This document shows, one piece after another, positions 37,368 through 51,330 of a stretch of DNA of 64,000 bases. A program made the translations under genes and the position numbers. The DNA is from an uncultured Pseudomonadota bacterium. Its GTDB lineage: Bacteria > Pseudomonadota > Alphaproteobacteria > Acetobacterales > Acetobacteraceae. Positions within the stretch are counted from its first letter, which is position 1. Each line of letters begins with the position of its first letter. Below the pieces are notes generated by a model. The model did not search any database. It saw nothing but the letters and a program-made list of their open reading frames with translations, and was not told the DNA's origin. The DNA lies in contig OY970156.1 of the NCBI GenBank assembly GCA_963706195.1, forward strand, positions 4,187,651 to 4,251,650, written 5' to 3'.

Positions 37368-38219
37368 ATGTCATTCAGACGGGTTCTGGCGGTGGGTGTG
37401 TCGGCCATTGCGCTATCCGGCTTCGCCCACGGAGCGTACGCGTATCCTGCGCTACCGAATTTGGTCAATCTGAATTTCCAACAGTACACTGGCCTGGCGC
37501 CCAAAAACTCGTTCCAGAACGTCGATCCGGTCGGCTGGACCGGCGGCACCGGGCTGATCTCCATCGACAGCACGACGGCGGGCGCGCAGGCGACCGACCC
37601 CGGCGGCATCGAGACCTACGGCAATCCCGGCGGCTCCTATACCGGGAACTATGTGGAAGCCGACGGCAATCCCACGTTCGAAAGCGGCTTCAACTATACC
37701 GTGACTGGTCTGACCAAGGGGCAGACCTACACGCTGACCTTCTACCAGGGGGCCAGCGAGCAGACGGGCTACGGCCTGATCAACGGGAACCCTATCCCCA
37801 CCACGAACCAGTGGATCGTCTCGCTGGGTACCTCGGGACTCACCCTCAACGGACCCGGGTCCGGTCCGACGGACCCGACCTATGGCCCGACGGAAACCTA
37901 TTCCAACGCGGACGCGACCGCGAGCATCGAAGCCTCGCCGCTGATGACGGTTCCCTACCAGGGCACCGTCGGATTCAACTTCGTTTCGATGAACCTCACG
38001 GCCGATGGTACCACCGACATCCTGAGTTTCCTCGCCTGGGGCGACAACGGCAGCACCGTCAACCTGCCGCCGATCGCCTTCCTCGCCGGGGTCAATTCAG
38101 CGAACGGCCTCGGGGCTCCAGTGCCGGAGCCGGCGAGCCTCGCGATCCTCGCCGTCGGCCTCGCGGGCCTGGGCGGCGTGGTGCGGCGCCGGCGCAAGAA
38201 GGTCGCCACGATGGCCTGA
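37368..38219 (+). CDS. Secreted PEP-CTERM sorting-domain protein
   Basis: Signal peptide MSFRRVLAVGVSAIALSGFAHGAYA. The C-terminus is VPEPASLAILAVGLAGLGGVVRRRRKK (PEP motif, TM helix, Arg cluster). Confidence 0.85.
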   Translation: MSFRRVLAVGVSAIALSGFAHGAYAYPALPNLVNLNFQQYTGLAPKNSFQNVDPVGWTGGTGLISIDSTTAGAQATDPGGIETYGNPGGSYTGNYVEADGNPTFESGFNYTVTGLTKGQTYTLTFYQGASEQTGYGLINGNPIPTTNQWIVSLGTSGLTLNGPGSGPTDPTYGPTETYSNADATASIEASPLMTVPYQGTVGFNFVSMNLTADGTTDILSFLAWGDNGSTVNLPPIAFLAGVNSANGLGAPVPEPASLAILAVGLAGLGGVVRRRRKKVATMA

Positions 38220-38231
38220 ACCGCCTATGAG

Positions 38232-39179
38232 ATGCGGCAAGCCGGACCGGCCGCCACGCCTAAGGGCGCGGCGGCCGGTTCGGTCCAAGCCCGCTCGATC
38301 AGGACCGCCCCGGTGCCCGCATTCCTGCATCACCATCCGCATCTGCTCGCCTATACGCTGAGCGTGATCCGGCTCTCCCTCTGGCTGCTGATCATCGCCA
38401 TCATCTTCCTGCCGTTGGAACGGCTGTTCGCGGTCCGGCCACAGAAAATCCTGCGCCGTTCGGTCCTCGGCGACCTCGGGTTCTATTTCATCAGTGGACT
38501 GGTGCCGAATCTGCTGCTGACGGTGCCGCTGGCACTCGCCGCCTACGTCGCCTACCATTTCGTTCCGTGGCGCATCCACGCCGCGGTCGCGGCCTGGCCG
38601 CTCTGGCTGCGCGGGGTCGCGGCGTTCGTGGTCGGCGACCTCGGGTTCTACTGGGGCCATCGCTGGACTCACGAAATCCCCCTGCTGTGGCGCTTCCACT
38701 CCATCCACCACAGCCCCGAGCACGTCTATTTCCTGATCAGCGCGCGCGCCCATCCGGTCGACTTCGTGTTCATCCGCCTGTGCGGCCTGATCCCCATCTA
38801 CATCCTTGGCCTGGGCGCCCCGCAGAGCGTCCAGGGCACCCTCGTGGCCACTCTGGTCATGCTGCTCGTCACGGTGTGGGGATTCTTCATCCACGCGAAC
38901 GTCCGTTGGCGGCTGGGCCCGCTGGAATGGCTGGTTTCCACCCCCGCCTTCCATCACTGGCACCACACACGCGCCGAACCGCGGGACCGCAACTATGCGT
39001 CGATGCTGCCGTGGATGGATCGGCTGTTCGGAACCCATTATCTGCCCCGCAACCAATGGCCGACGACCTACGGGATCGATGCCGAGCTGCCCCGTTCGCT
39101 GGCCGGGCAACTGATCTACCCGTTTCGCGCGCAACCGGAACCGGCCACGCGCCAGCCTGCCGCCGCCAACCCGCGCTAG
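38232..39179 (+). CDS. Fatty acid hydroxylase/sterol desaturase family membrane protein
   Basis: His boxes HRWTHE, HSIHHS and HHWHH lie between hydrophobic spans. Confidence 0.8.
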   Translation: MRQAGPAATPKGAAAGSVQARSIRTAPVPAFLHHHPHLLAYTLSVIRLSLWLLIIAIIFLPLERLFAVRPQKILRRSVLGDLGFYFISGLVPNLLLTVPLALAAYVAYHFVPWRIHAAVAAWPLWLRGVAAFVVGDLGFYWGHRWTHEIPLLWRFHSIHHSPEHVYFLISARAHPVDFVFIRLCGLIPIYILGLGAPQSVQGTLVATLVMLLVTVWGFFIHANVRWRLGPLEWLVSTPAFHHWHHTRAEPRDRNYASMLPWMDRLFGTHYLPRNQWPTTYGIDAELPRSLAGQLIYPFRAQPEPATRQPAAANPR

Positions 39180-39341
39180 TGGTCCGACGCCAGCGCCCGC
39201 TTCAACGCGTTGGCGTCGGACCACAAAACCAAGCCAGTGCTCTGGCGCATGATGAATCACCTGTTTGTGTCAGAGCCTAGGCGTCCGACGGCCGCGTGAT
39301 CGGCGCGACAGACCGAAGGCGGCGGGCGGGCATCCCGTTGT

Positions 39342-41435
39342 TCAGCCGTCCGCCAACGCCTCCAGCAACGGCCGCAGCAACGCGGCATCCGGTCGCCACC
39401 GCCCGACGGAGCTGCGATAGATTGGCTGACGCACCTGGGTCATGCTCGCGGTGTGCACCGGCCGGGACGTCTTGTAGAATTCCAGGCACGCCGGGTCCCA
39501 CTCCAGGCCGCAATACGCCACCATCCGGCGCGCCTGCGCGTCGAAGTCCGCCACCAGGGTCTCGTACTCCACTTCCAGCATCGCGCCCGCCGGCAGGCTC
39601 GACCGCCAGTGCGCCATCAGGCGCTGATACGCGCGATAATAGCGGCCCAGCTCCGCGAGGTCGTAGGCGAACGGCTGCTCGCCGGTGAACAGCTTCGAAA
39701 AGCAGGAAAGACACGTATCCATCGGATCGCGCAGAACATGGATGATCCGCGCGTTCGGCAGGATCAGGCGGATGAGCCCGACGAAAAGAAAGTTGGCAGG
39801 CATTTTGTCGGTGATGCGGGCGGCACCGGGGGCCAGCGCCTGCAGCCCGGCCACATAGTCCGCTCCCATCGCGTGGAACTCGGCGCCGGCCATCGTCCAC
39901 ACGGCTTCCGGAAACGCCGCCGCACCGAGCCGCGTCGCGCCCAGGCGGGCGATCGCCTGCGACAGGTCTGGCCGCTCTCCGGCGCCGAACACCGCGTTGT
40001 GGCTGGCCAGGGTCTGTTCCACGAGCGTGGTGCCGGAACGCGGCATGCCGACGATGAACACCGGGACAGGTGACGGCTCGCCCAGGCCCTGGCGGGCCGC
40101 CATCAGCTCGGTGGTGAGAACCCGTGGGATATGGGCCATCGCCGCCGAGGTCGCCGCCTCGTCGTATGTCGTTTCGGAACGTTTGAGTGCATTGCCTTCC
40201 AGCAGATGGCCGAAGCCCCGATCGCGATCCCCGGTATCGTCGCACGCCTTGGCCATGGCGAAATGCAGCAGGCACCGCTCCCGCAGCGGGAGCGACTCAC
40301 GTCCCGGCAACGTCGCTTCCAGGGCACGCAGCACGTCGTCGCCGGGCCGGACCTTCGCCAGTTGCACGAGATGGTAGAGGAATTCCGGCCGCCCAGGCGC
40401 GAGCGCCAGCGCGCGCCGGAACTGCGCCAGAGCCTCGTCCATCGATCCGATTTCCGCGAGGACGGACCCCAGCAGACCGGCAGCCGGCGGGAGGTCCGGC
40501 CGCAACGCAACCACACGGCGCGCCGTCGCCAGCGCCTCCTCATGCCGGCCGATGTTCTTCAAGGCGTTGGCCAGGCCCGCCAGGGCGTCGACATGGTCCG
40601 GGTCGCGGACCAGGGCGGTGCGGTACTGCGCGATAGCGTCGGCGTGACGTCGCTGGCGGTCCAGCAGGATGCCCATCCCGTTGTGCGCGTCGGGATGTTC
40701 GGGGTCGACCGCAAGCATCGCGCGAAACGCGGCGAATGCCTCATCGTCACGGTGCAGCCGGGACAGCGCGGCGCCGAGCCCCGCGCGTGCCTCCACATAA
40801 TCGGGATCGACATCGAGCGCCTGGCGGAAGCACGCCAGGGCTTCTTCCTGCGTATCGCCGCGTGCGAGCAGCTTGCCCAGCCCGTAGCTCGCCTCGGCAA
40901 AGTCCGGATCGGCGGCCAGCGCCGCGCGATACCGCACTGCCGCTTCGTCCGCCCGGCCGACCTGCGCGAGTAGCGTTGCCAACCCGTAATTCGCCTCCGG
41001 GTGAGCCGGCGCGGCAACCAGAATGGTCTCGTAACAGATCATCGCCGCGTCGGCGCGCCCAGCCGCCTGCAGGCAGGCGGCCAGGCCGAAACTTGCGTCC
41101 ATCATCCCCGGCTTGCGTGCGAGCGCGCGTTCGTAGTGCGCGGCGGCCTCCTCGTGGCGGCCCTGCGCCTGCAGCGCCGCAGCGAGGTTGCCGAGCGCTT
41201 CGGCGGAGTCGGGCGATAAGGCGACGGCTCGCCGCAGCAACGCCTCCGCCTCGCCGGCCCGGCCCTGACTCAGGCGAAGCGCCCCGAGGTGGATCAAGGC
41301 ATCGAGATGTGCCGGCTCGGCCAGAAGGATCTGTTCATAGGCGCGGGCGGCGGCGTCCGTTTGACCCTGGCGATGCAGCGCGCGGGCCTGCTGGAATTCC
41401 ACCGGGGCGATCCCGCTTCCGTTCATCCGGGTCAT
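39342..41435 (-). CDS. TPR-repeat protein with C-terminal sulfotransferase domain
   Basis: About 10 TPR units are followed by the PAPS-binding block VFIVGMPRSGTTLVEQTLASH. The start is ATG 41435 or TTG 41486. Confidence 0.85.
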   Translation of the reverse strand: MTRMNGSGIAPVEFQQARALHRQGQTDAAARAYEQILLAEPAHLDALIHLGALRLSQGRAGEAEALLRRAVALSPDSAEALGNLAAALQAQGRHEEAAAHYERALARKPGMMDASFGLAACLQAAGRADAAMICYETILVAAPAHPEANYGLATLLAQVGRADEAAVRYRAALAADPDFAEASYGLGKLLARGDTQEEALACFRQALDVDPDYVEARAGLGAALSRLHRDDEAFAAFRAMLAVDPEHPDAHNGMGILLDRQRRHADAIAQYRTALVRDPDHVDALAGLANALKNIGRHEEALATARRVVALRPDLPPAAGLLGSVLAEIGSMDEALAQFRRALALAPGRPEFLYHLVQLAKVRPGDDVLRALEATLPGRESLPLRERCLLHFAMAKACDDTGDRDRGFGHLLEGNALKRSETTYDEAATSAAMAHIPRVLTTELMAARQGLGEPSPVPVFIVGMPRSGTTLVEQTLASHNAVFGAGERPDLSQAIARLGATRLGAAAFPEAVWTMAGAEFHAMGADYVAGLQALAPGAARITDKMPANFLFVGLIRLILPNARIIHVLRDPMDTCLSCFSKLFTGEQPFAYDLAELGRYYRAYQRLMAHWRSSLPAGAMLEVEYETLVADFDAQARRMVAYCGLEWDPACLEFYKTSRPVHTASMTQVRQPIYRSSVGRWRPDAALLRPLLEALADG

Positions 41436-41576
41436 ATAGCTTGAGCGGCGGTGCAAAGCCCAGGGCGCGTGGGTGAGGTTACGCAACGGGGGCCCGGCGG
41501 CTTCATACGTTCTGCCGGGCAGATGGTTCCCCGGGCGTGATCGCGGCGGACGAATGCTCTACCGGCGTGCGCCGCC

Positions 41577-42788
41577 CTACCCCTCGAACGCCAGGATCGA
41601 CAGCCCGCCGTTGTTGTCGGTCAGGTACAGCGTCCCGTCCGCGGCGACGAACACGTCCGACGATTGGGTAATTTGTTCCGCTTTGGGATCCATCATCCGT
41701 TCCGGCGGCGGCGGCACGTAGCGGGCGATCTCCTTCGGGGCATAGGCGTCGGCGAGGTCGAACACGCGCAGGCCGGCGTTCTGATAGGTGGCGAAGATCA
41801 GGGTCTCGCTCACCAGCGAGCCGGGGCGGTTTTCGTGCAGGTTGTGCGGGCCGAACTTGCCGCCTTTGGAGCAGAAATCCTCCTCTGCGGGGCTCGGCAG
41901 CGTGGCAATGGTGACGGGATTTTCCGGCGCCCGCATGTCGATCACCCAGGTGTAGGCCATGCCTTTGGCGCAGCGGGGCGCGGTCGCCTCGTCGGCGACC
42001 ACCGCGAGGCTGCGGCCGGGCAGCGGCAGCGGCGTATGGGTGCCGCCGGCGTAAGGGGGCGCCCAGCGGCGGTGCGAAACAAGTTTCGGGGCGACCGGAT
42101 CGGCGAGGTCCATCACCGTGAAGCCACCGTCGCGCCAGGCGGCGTAGCCGAGGGTGCCGGCCGGGATCATGTGATGCAGCGCCCAGCGCTGGCCGGGCGG
42201 GGACATCGGCGTCTCGCCGCCGGCGGCATGCATGCCCGGCAGCCACCACTGCCCGGCGACCCGGGGCTGCGTCGGATCCGCGAGGTCGATCACCGCCAGG
42301 ATGTGGTCGGTGAAGCCCTCGAAATGCACCGAGGCGTAGGCGTAGCGCCCGCCCGCCCACCAGATGCGATGCGGCCCGAGGCCGTCTATCGGCAGGAAGC
42401 CGATCTCGCGCGGGCTCGCCGGATCATCCAGGCTGAATACCCGGATGCCGGCGGTGAAGTCGCGCGTCCGCCCGGCCAGAGTCTGGGTCAGCGACTGGCC
42501 GAAATAATCCCCTTTCATCGCCGCCGGCTGCGCCCATACCGCCGGCGCGTTCACCGCCAGCAGCAGCCCGTCGTGCACCTGGATGTGGTGCGAGCGCGTA
42601 TTGGGCGGGCAGGCGATGAAATGCACCGCGCGCGGCGCCCGCGGGTCGGACACGTCGAGCGTGGTGACCCCGCCCGACAGCATGTGCCCGACATAGGCGT
42701 GGCCGCGCGCCGCCATCACCTGCACCCCATCCGGCCGGCCGCCCTGGTCGGACCGGCCGAGCAGACGGAGGCGCGCTTCGTTGGCCAT
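41577..42788 (-). CDS. LVIVD-repeat beta-propeller protein
   Basis: Repeated units such as VTTLDVSDPRAPR, LAVIDLADPTQPR, FTVMDLADPVAPK and LRVFDLADAYAPK. ATG 42788 has GGAG upstream. Confidence 0.75.
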   Translation of the reverse strand: MANEARLRLLGRSDQGGRPDGVQVMAARGHAYVGHMLSGGVTTLDVSDPRAPRAVHFIACPPNTRSHHIQVHDGLLLAVNAPAVWAQPAAMKGDYFGQSLTQTLAGRTRDFTAGIRVFSLDDPASPREIGFLPIDGLGPHRIWWAGGRYAYASVHFEGFTDHILAVIDLADPTQPRVAGQWWLPGMHAAGGETPMSPPGQRWALHHMIPAGTLGYAAWRDGGFTVMDLADPVAPKLVSHRRWAPPYAGGTHTPLPLPGRSLAVVADEATAPRCAKGMAYTWVIDMRAPENPVTIATLPSPAEEDFCSKGGKFGPHNLHENRPGSLVSETLIFATYQNAGLRVFDLADAYAPKEIARYVPPPPERMMDPKAEQITQSSDVFVAADGTLYLTDNNGGLSILAFEG

Positions 42789-42804
42789 CGTTTCGGTCTC
42801 CGGT

Positions 42805-44145
42805 TCAGCCGGTCGGCGGCGCAATGACGTCGAGCGATAGCCCGCGCGCCTCCGGTCCCAGCAACGTCACGGTCCAGGCGGCGATCACCAGCAGCACGGC
42901 GACGCAGCCGAACACCGCGCCGACGCCGTAACCGTTCTCGATCCACAGGATCGCCGGGATGATGAACGCGGTGGCGAGCCGCCCGGTGCCGGCGGCGACG
43001 CCGAAGCCGGAGGCGCGCGCGTTGGTCGGGAACACTTCGGAGGCGAAAATCTGCGCCGAATTGCCCGCCAACTGGATAAAGAACATCATCCAGAAGCCGA
43101 CGATCAGCAGCATGGTGGCGCTGGTTGCGTTGGCAAAGGCGGCGGCGAACAGACCGGCGAGCAGGAACGCGATCACCGAGACCGGTTTCCGCCCGAACCG
43201 TTCCAGGGCGAACATCATGAACAGGCTGGCGCAGGGGAAGGCGAGCTGGATGATCAGCGTGTAGGTCAGCGACTTGGTGATCGTCATGCCGCTGCGCGCC
43301 ATGATGTTGGGCAGCCAGACGCCGAGCCCGATCGCCACGCCGAAGAAGGCGACGAAGCAGAACATGCCCGCCAGCACCCGACCGCGGTAGTCGCGGAACA
43401 CGACCGCGAAGGGATCGCGGTGGGTATCGCTCGCCGCGTCGTGCGAGAGCACCACCCCCGGCGCCGGCCGCGGTAGCCCCATGCGCTCCAGCAGACCGAG
43501 CGCGCGCTCCCCCTGGCCGTGCGTGGCAAGCCAGCGCGGCGATTCCGGCAGGGAGAAGCGGAGGACGAACACGATCAGCGCGCCGATGCCGAGCACGATC
43601 CAGATGCCGCGCCAGCCGATCGGCCCCAGCGCGTACAGCGCGAACAGGGTGGACAACGGCCAGACCAGCGCCCCGCCGATCAGTTGGATGCCGGCCAGCA
43701 CGCGCCCGCGGATGCGCTTCGGCGCATATTCGCCAGCATAGGCGAAGCACAACGGCTGCTCGGCGCCAAGGCCGATGCCGGCGATGAAGCGCAGCAGCGC
43801 CAACCAGGCGTAGTTGGGCGTGAAGGCCGACAGCACGGTGGCGACGCCGAACAGCAGCAGGTTGAACTGGTAGACCGCCTTGCGGCCGAACCGGTCGGTG
43901 AACTCGCCCTGCCCCACGGTGCCGACGAACAGCCCGAAGGTCTGCGCGCTGGCGACGGTGGCGACCTGGCCGGCGGTCAGGAAGTTACTATGGATCATGT
44001 TCGGCACCAGCGCGCCGAGCACGATGAAATTGGATACGTCGAAGAAGTAGCCGGCGGCGATCAGCGCGAAGACGCGGTAGTGGATCGGGCTGAGTTGCGC
44101 ATCGTCCATCGCCGCGCCGACGTAGCCCTCGATCGTCTGGGCCAT
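42805..44145 (-). CDS. MFS transporter
   Basis: 446 aa. TDRFGRK loop motif, 12 hydrophobic spans, and a strong RBS (AAGGGGGAA). Confidence 0.88.
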   Translation of the reverse strand: MAQTIEGYVGAAMDDAQLSPIHYRVFALIAAGYFFDVSNFIVLGALVPNMIHSNFLTAGQVATVASAQTFGLFVGTVGQGEFTDRFGRKAVYQFNLLLFGVATVLSAFTPNYAWLALLRFIAGIGLGAEQPLCFAYAGEYAPKRIRGRVLAGIQLIGGALVWPLSTLFALYALGPIGWRGIWIVLGIGALIVFVLRFSLPESPRWLATHGQGERALGLLERMGLPRPAPGVVLSHDAASDTHRDPFAVVFRDYRGRVLAGMFCFVAFFGVAIGLGVWLPNIMARSGMTITKSLTYTLIIQLAFPCASLFMMFALERFGRKPVSVIAFLLAGLFAAAFANATSATMLLIVGFWMMFFIQLAGNSAQIFASEVFPTNARASGFGVAAGTGRLATAFIIPAILWIENGYGVGAVFGCVAVLLVIAAWTVTLLGPEARGLSLDVIAPPTG

Positions 44146-44336
44146 CGTTTCCCCCTTTTCGACAGGTCGTGCCTGCCTGTTGTCATTGCTATTTAGTTGG
44201 ACGGTACGCTAGCGGCCGCCCAACGCGCGGTCAAGCGGATCGTCGCCGACCGTTGGCAGCGCGTCATGTGTCTGCGTTCGGCGCAGCGTCGGGGGGCGGA
44301 CAGGGGTCGGTGGCTGCCGAGGCGGAGCAGCCTCGC

Positions 44337-45125
44337 CTATTCCGTGACGATCGCCACCGCCCGCGTCCATCCGGCCGAGGCGCGATGCAGCTTCACGGGA
44401 AAGCACACCACCTCGAACCCGTCCGCCGGCAGCACTTCCAGGTTGTGCAGCTTCTCCAGGTGCGAATAGCCGATCTCCCGCCCGGCGCGGTGGCCTTCCC
44501 AGATCAGGCCGGCGTCGCCGGTCTCGGCCACTTTCTTGCGCGTGAAACTGAATGGCGCATCCCAGCTCCAGGCGTCGGTGCCGACCAGGCGGATGCCGCG
44601 CTCCAGCAGCCACAGCGTGGCGGCCTTGCCCATGCCGCAGCCGCGATCGACGTAGTCCGCTTCGCCGTAGCGCATGCCGGCGGCGGTGTTGACAACCACG
44701 ATTTCCAGCGGGCGCAGGGTGTGGCCGATCCGTTTCAGTTCCGCTTCCACATCGCCGGGCGTCGCGACGTAGCCGTCCGGCAGGTGGCGGAAGTCGAGTT
44801 TCAGGGCGGGCTGGAAGCACCAGTCGAGCGGCACCTCGTCGATCCGCCAGGACTTCTCGCCGCCGGGTTTCAGGGCGTGGTTCATCGAGGAGAAATAGTG
44901 GTACGGCGCATCGAGATGGGTGCCGTTGTGGCTGCTGATCTGCACCTTCTCCACCGCGGCGTATTCGCCGTCCGGCAGGTCGGCCACCCGCACGCCCATA
45001 TATTCGGCCATCTGCCCGGCGGTCTGGTGGTGGTCGAAATATTCGATCTGCGGGAGCATGTACGGCGGATCGCTGGCGATCCCGGCTTCGAGCGGGACGG
45101 AGATGTCGATCAGGCGGCGGGGCAT
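44337..45125 (-). CDS. Cyclase-family protein (kynurenine formamidase-like)
   Basis: The HxGTHxDxPxH motif SSHNGTHLDAPYH is present, with GGGAGG upstream. Confidence 0.85.
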   Translation of the reverse strand: MPRRLIDISVPLEAGIASDPPYMLPQIEYFDHHQTAGQMAEYMGVRVADLPDGEYAAVEKVQISSHNGTHLDAPYHYFSSMNHALKPGGEKSWRIDEVPLDWCFQPALKLDFRHLPDGYVATPGDVEAELKRIGHTLRPLEIVVVNTAAGMRYGEADYVDRGCGMGKAATLWLLERGIRLVGTDAWSWDAPFSFTRKKVAETGDAGLIWEGHRAGREIGYSHLEKLHNLEVLPADGFEVVCFPVKLHRASAGWTRAVAIVTE

Positions 45126-45203
45126 GGCGGATCCTCCCGTGGCGGTCGGGGCGCAGCATCCGCGCCGGCGGCGGGGCGCGCAATCCCGGGGGCGGCACAG
45201 CCT

Positions 45204-45455
45204 TCAGGCCGCGGCGGGTGCGCAGCCCGCGGCCTTGACGACCCGCCTGGTGGACGCCGGATGACGCGCGAGCATCGCTTGTGGGCGGATCGGTCGCGGA
45301 ACGAGGTTCCCCCCGCAGTTGGGGCAGATACCAGCGAGCACCCCGTCCGCGCAGTCGGCGCAGAACGTGCATTCATAGCTGCAGATGCGGGCCTCCGCGC
45401 TGGAAGGCGGCAGGTCGCGATCGCAGCACTCGCAGCCAGGACGCAGTTCCAGCAT
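45204..45455 (-). CDS. DUF1272 Cys-rich zinc-ribbon-like protein
   Basis: 83 aa: MLELRPGCECCDRDLPP...CSYECTFCADCA...CPNCGGNLVPRP. Confidence 0.7.
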   Translation of the reverse strand: MLELRPGCECCDRDLPPSSAEARICSYECTFCADCADGVLAGICPNCGGNLVPRPIRPQAMLARHPASTRRVVKAAGCAPAAA

Positions 45456-45617
45456 GTCCAACTCCCCGCGGTCGTATGCGAGCAGGCTAGCAGCGGACGA
45501 GGGGCCGTGCACACCGCGGTTTGCACGCCGGGGCAAAGCTGCGCAGGTTTGCGGCATGCGGCTTCCGTGCCCCACCCTGCCCTGCCCGCGGCCCCGGCCG
45601 GCGCACTGCGCCCGCCC

Positions 45618-49449
<3,832 letters not shown>

Positions 49450-49514
49450 GCGCCGCTGTTGTAAAGCGACACATAATCCTGCAATCGCGACAGATAACTT
49501 CGCAATGTCCGCCG

Positions 49515-49859
49515 TGTGCATCGGCGCCCAACTTTGACCCCGCTTCGATCTGACTCCAATGCGTTGATAAGATTTGAAGAATCGGCAGTCGGCCGGGGTC
49601 AAGATTGGGCGCCGATCCTGACCCCTCCGAGCTACCGAAAAATCGAGCCACATCAGGGCCCTATGTCACGATGCTGTAAGAGGGGCAAAACCCCGGGCAC
49701 GCAGGTGCAGCATGAACGAGGGTCAGGCGACGGAATGGCGGAAATCCGGCGCCGTTACGGTGACGGCTATCGCAACAAGGGCTGACTTTCCATAACTTGC
49801 CCGGGGTTTTGCCCCTCTTACACGATGCGAGCGGGTTCAAACTTCGACGCCGATCTACA
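49515..49859. mobile_element. MITE-A copy 1 (191-bp type element split by a nested insertion)
   Basis: 49515-49672 plus 49823-49859 align with 54278-54468. Imperfect terminal inverted repeats TGTGCATCGGCGCCCAACTTTGACCCC / GGGTCAAACTTCGACGCCGATCTACA, plus a third internal copy of the same motif. Confidence 0.75.
49673..49822. mobile_element. MITE-B, 150 bp, nested inside MITE-A copy 1
   Basis: Perfect 25-bp terminal inverted repeats TGTAAGAGGGGCAAAACCCCGGGCA (49673-49697 and 49798-49822). It is flanked by a direct CGATGC duplication and is absent from MITE-A copy 2. Confidence 0.85.
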
Positions 49860-49860
49860 C

Positions 49861-49953
49861 CTTCGGATAAAGTGGTTCTATGGCACATCGGAGAACGCGG
49901 TGAAGACGCAAATCTGGATCGCCGTGTCAGTGTACGTTCTGATCGCCATGGTC
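49861..49953 (+). pseudogene. C-terminal remnant of an IS4-family transposase
   Basis: LRIKWFYGTSENAVKTQIWIAVSVYVLIAMV matches the conserved IS4-family C-terminal block. There is nothing upstream of it. Confidence 0.5.
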
Positions 49954-50047
49954 AACGACTTCGTTCAGTCTGACGAGCCGGCAACGCAGGACAAGGTAAA
50001 GCCGCCAGGGCCTCCTGGCGGCTTTACGGTCGAGACCTCAGCTTGTC

Positions 50048-50584
50048 CTACGCGACCCAGCGCGCAGCCCAGCCGCTGACGATTTCCTCGCCGTGAACGA
50101 GCGGCCCGCCTCGTGCAACACGGCTCTTGCGGATGCGGTCCGACAGGAACCCCAAGGTGGACGGCCCCGTCTGCCTCAGCTCGTCCGGCGAGCGTACGTC
50201 CCTTGGCAAGCCCACGCCACGAATGATGTCGCGCAGCTTGTCGGTTCGCATGCGTGCCAAGACCTTGCACTCCTCGTCGGTCAGCGCCCGGAGGTAGGCT
50301 CGGAGCTCCTGGGAGAGCGCCTCGATGGCCTCCTCCGGCATCCGCTCGCCGCCACCACGCGTTGCGGTGCAACGTCGGAACGCCGCGATTTGCGTACGTT
50401 CGTCCGCGGCAACGTCGGCCCGGAGTTCGGCTTCGTTCGCGCGTGTGGCTACCTCCTGCGCGGCCTGCTGTTCGTCACCGCCTAAACCGTGGCGATCGAG
50501 GCCGAAGAGTCTCCGGACCAGGGCGAGCGGCAGCATGACAGTGTTCCACCCCGCTTGCAGCACGCCGAAAAGGGTCTCCGCCAA
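50048..50584 (-). CDS. Hypothetical protein (178 aa)
   Basis: An ORF 46 nt downstream of the exonuclease-like gene on the same strand. No recognisable motif. Confidence 0.4.
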   Translation of the reverse strand: MAETLFGVLQAGWNTVMLPLALVRRLFGLDRHGLGGDEQQAAQEVATRANEAELRADVAADERTQIAAFRRCTATRGGGERMPEEAIEALSQELRAYLRALTDEECKVLARMRTDKLRDIIRGVGLPRDVRSPDELRQTGPSTLGFLSDRIRKSRVARGGPLVHGEEIVSGWAARWVA

Positions 50585-50629
50585 CCGGGCAAAGAATGCG
50601 CGCGTGATCCCCTCCTTTGGTCGTGCGTT

Positions 50630-51322
50630 TCAGTTGCTCAGAAGGTAGCGACCGTGCTTGCAAGGAACCATCATCGCTGTCCCGCGCCCATGGGCACGGT
50701 GTTCCTCCGATACAATGTGGCGGAATAAGGTGCGAGAGTTCAGAAGTCTGACTTCCTCGACCATCTGCTTGAGATCAAGCCACACGCGCCACAGGCTTTC
50801 GGCATCCGGAGCGGCCCGGTGGCGCGTGCGGGGACGCGCTGCCCCCTCGGTTTGGACCAAGTTCAGGATGCGTCTTCCGATTGCTTCCACAGTGAACGCC
50901 CGGCGCTCCACGGCGCGCTCGTCTTCCGGAATCGGGTCGCGGCGGAGCAGGGTCAGGATTTCTTGGCGGTATAAGAGGTTGACATCAAGCATCCCCACGC
51001 AGATGGCCGGAGGCTCGGGAAGGACGGCCAGCAATTCGCGAAGCCGCGCGCCGTCGACGTCGGGTGCATCGGAATACACCTCGCTTCCCGCGAGGACCTC
51101 GACCGCGCGTTGCGCCATCCATACGGCGTCTCGGCCCTTCTGGGCGAGGCGCCCACGGGAAATGCCGTGGACGGGCTCGCTGGCGATGCTCCAGTTGTCC
51201 CACCCCTTCGCTGGACGGATCAGGTGCGCCTCCCCGTGGCCGTTCTCGTCCACCCATCCGATTTCAATCGGAACGCCATCCGGTTCGGGACTGCTCGCTA
51301 CGATGGCGACGAAGTACTTCAT
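50630..51322 (-). CDS. DEDDh exonuclease-like protein, paralogue lacking the ExoI acidic residues
   Basis: It is a paralogue of 53056-53635. The start is MKYFVAIVASS where the partner has MKYFVDFEASS. It retains YSDAPDVDGARL (ExoII-like) and HRAAPDAESL (ExoIII HxAxxD). Confidence 0.65.
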   Translation of the reverse strand: MKYFVAIVASSPEPDGVPIEIGWVDENGHGEAHLIRPAKGWDNWSIASEPVHGISRGRLAQKGRDAVWMAQRAVEVLAGSEVYSDAPDVDGARLRELLAVLPEPPAICVGMLDVNLLYRQEILTLLRRDPIPEDERAVERRAFTVEAIGRRILNLVQTEGAARPRTRHRAAPDAESLWRVWLDLKQMVEEVRLLNSRTLFRHIVSEEHRAHGRGTAMMVPCKHGRYLLSN

Positions 51323-51330
51323 TGGTCGCA

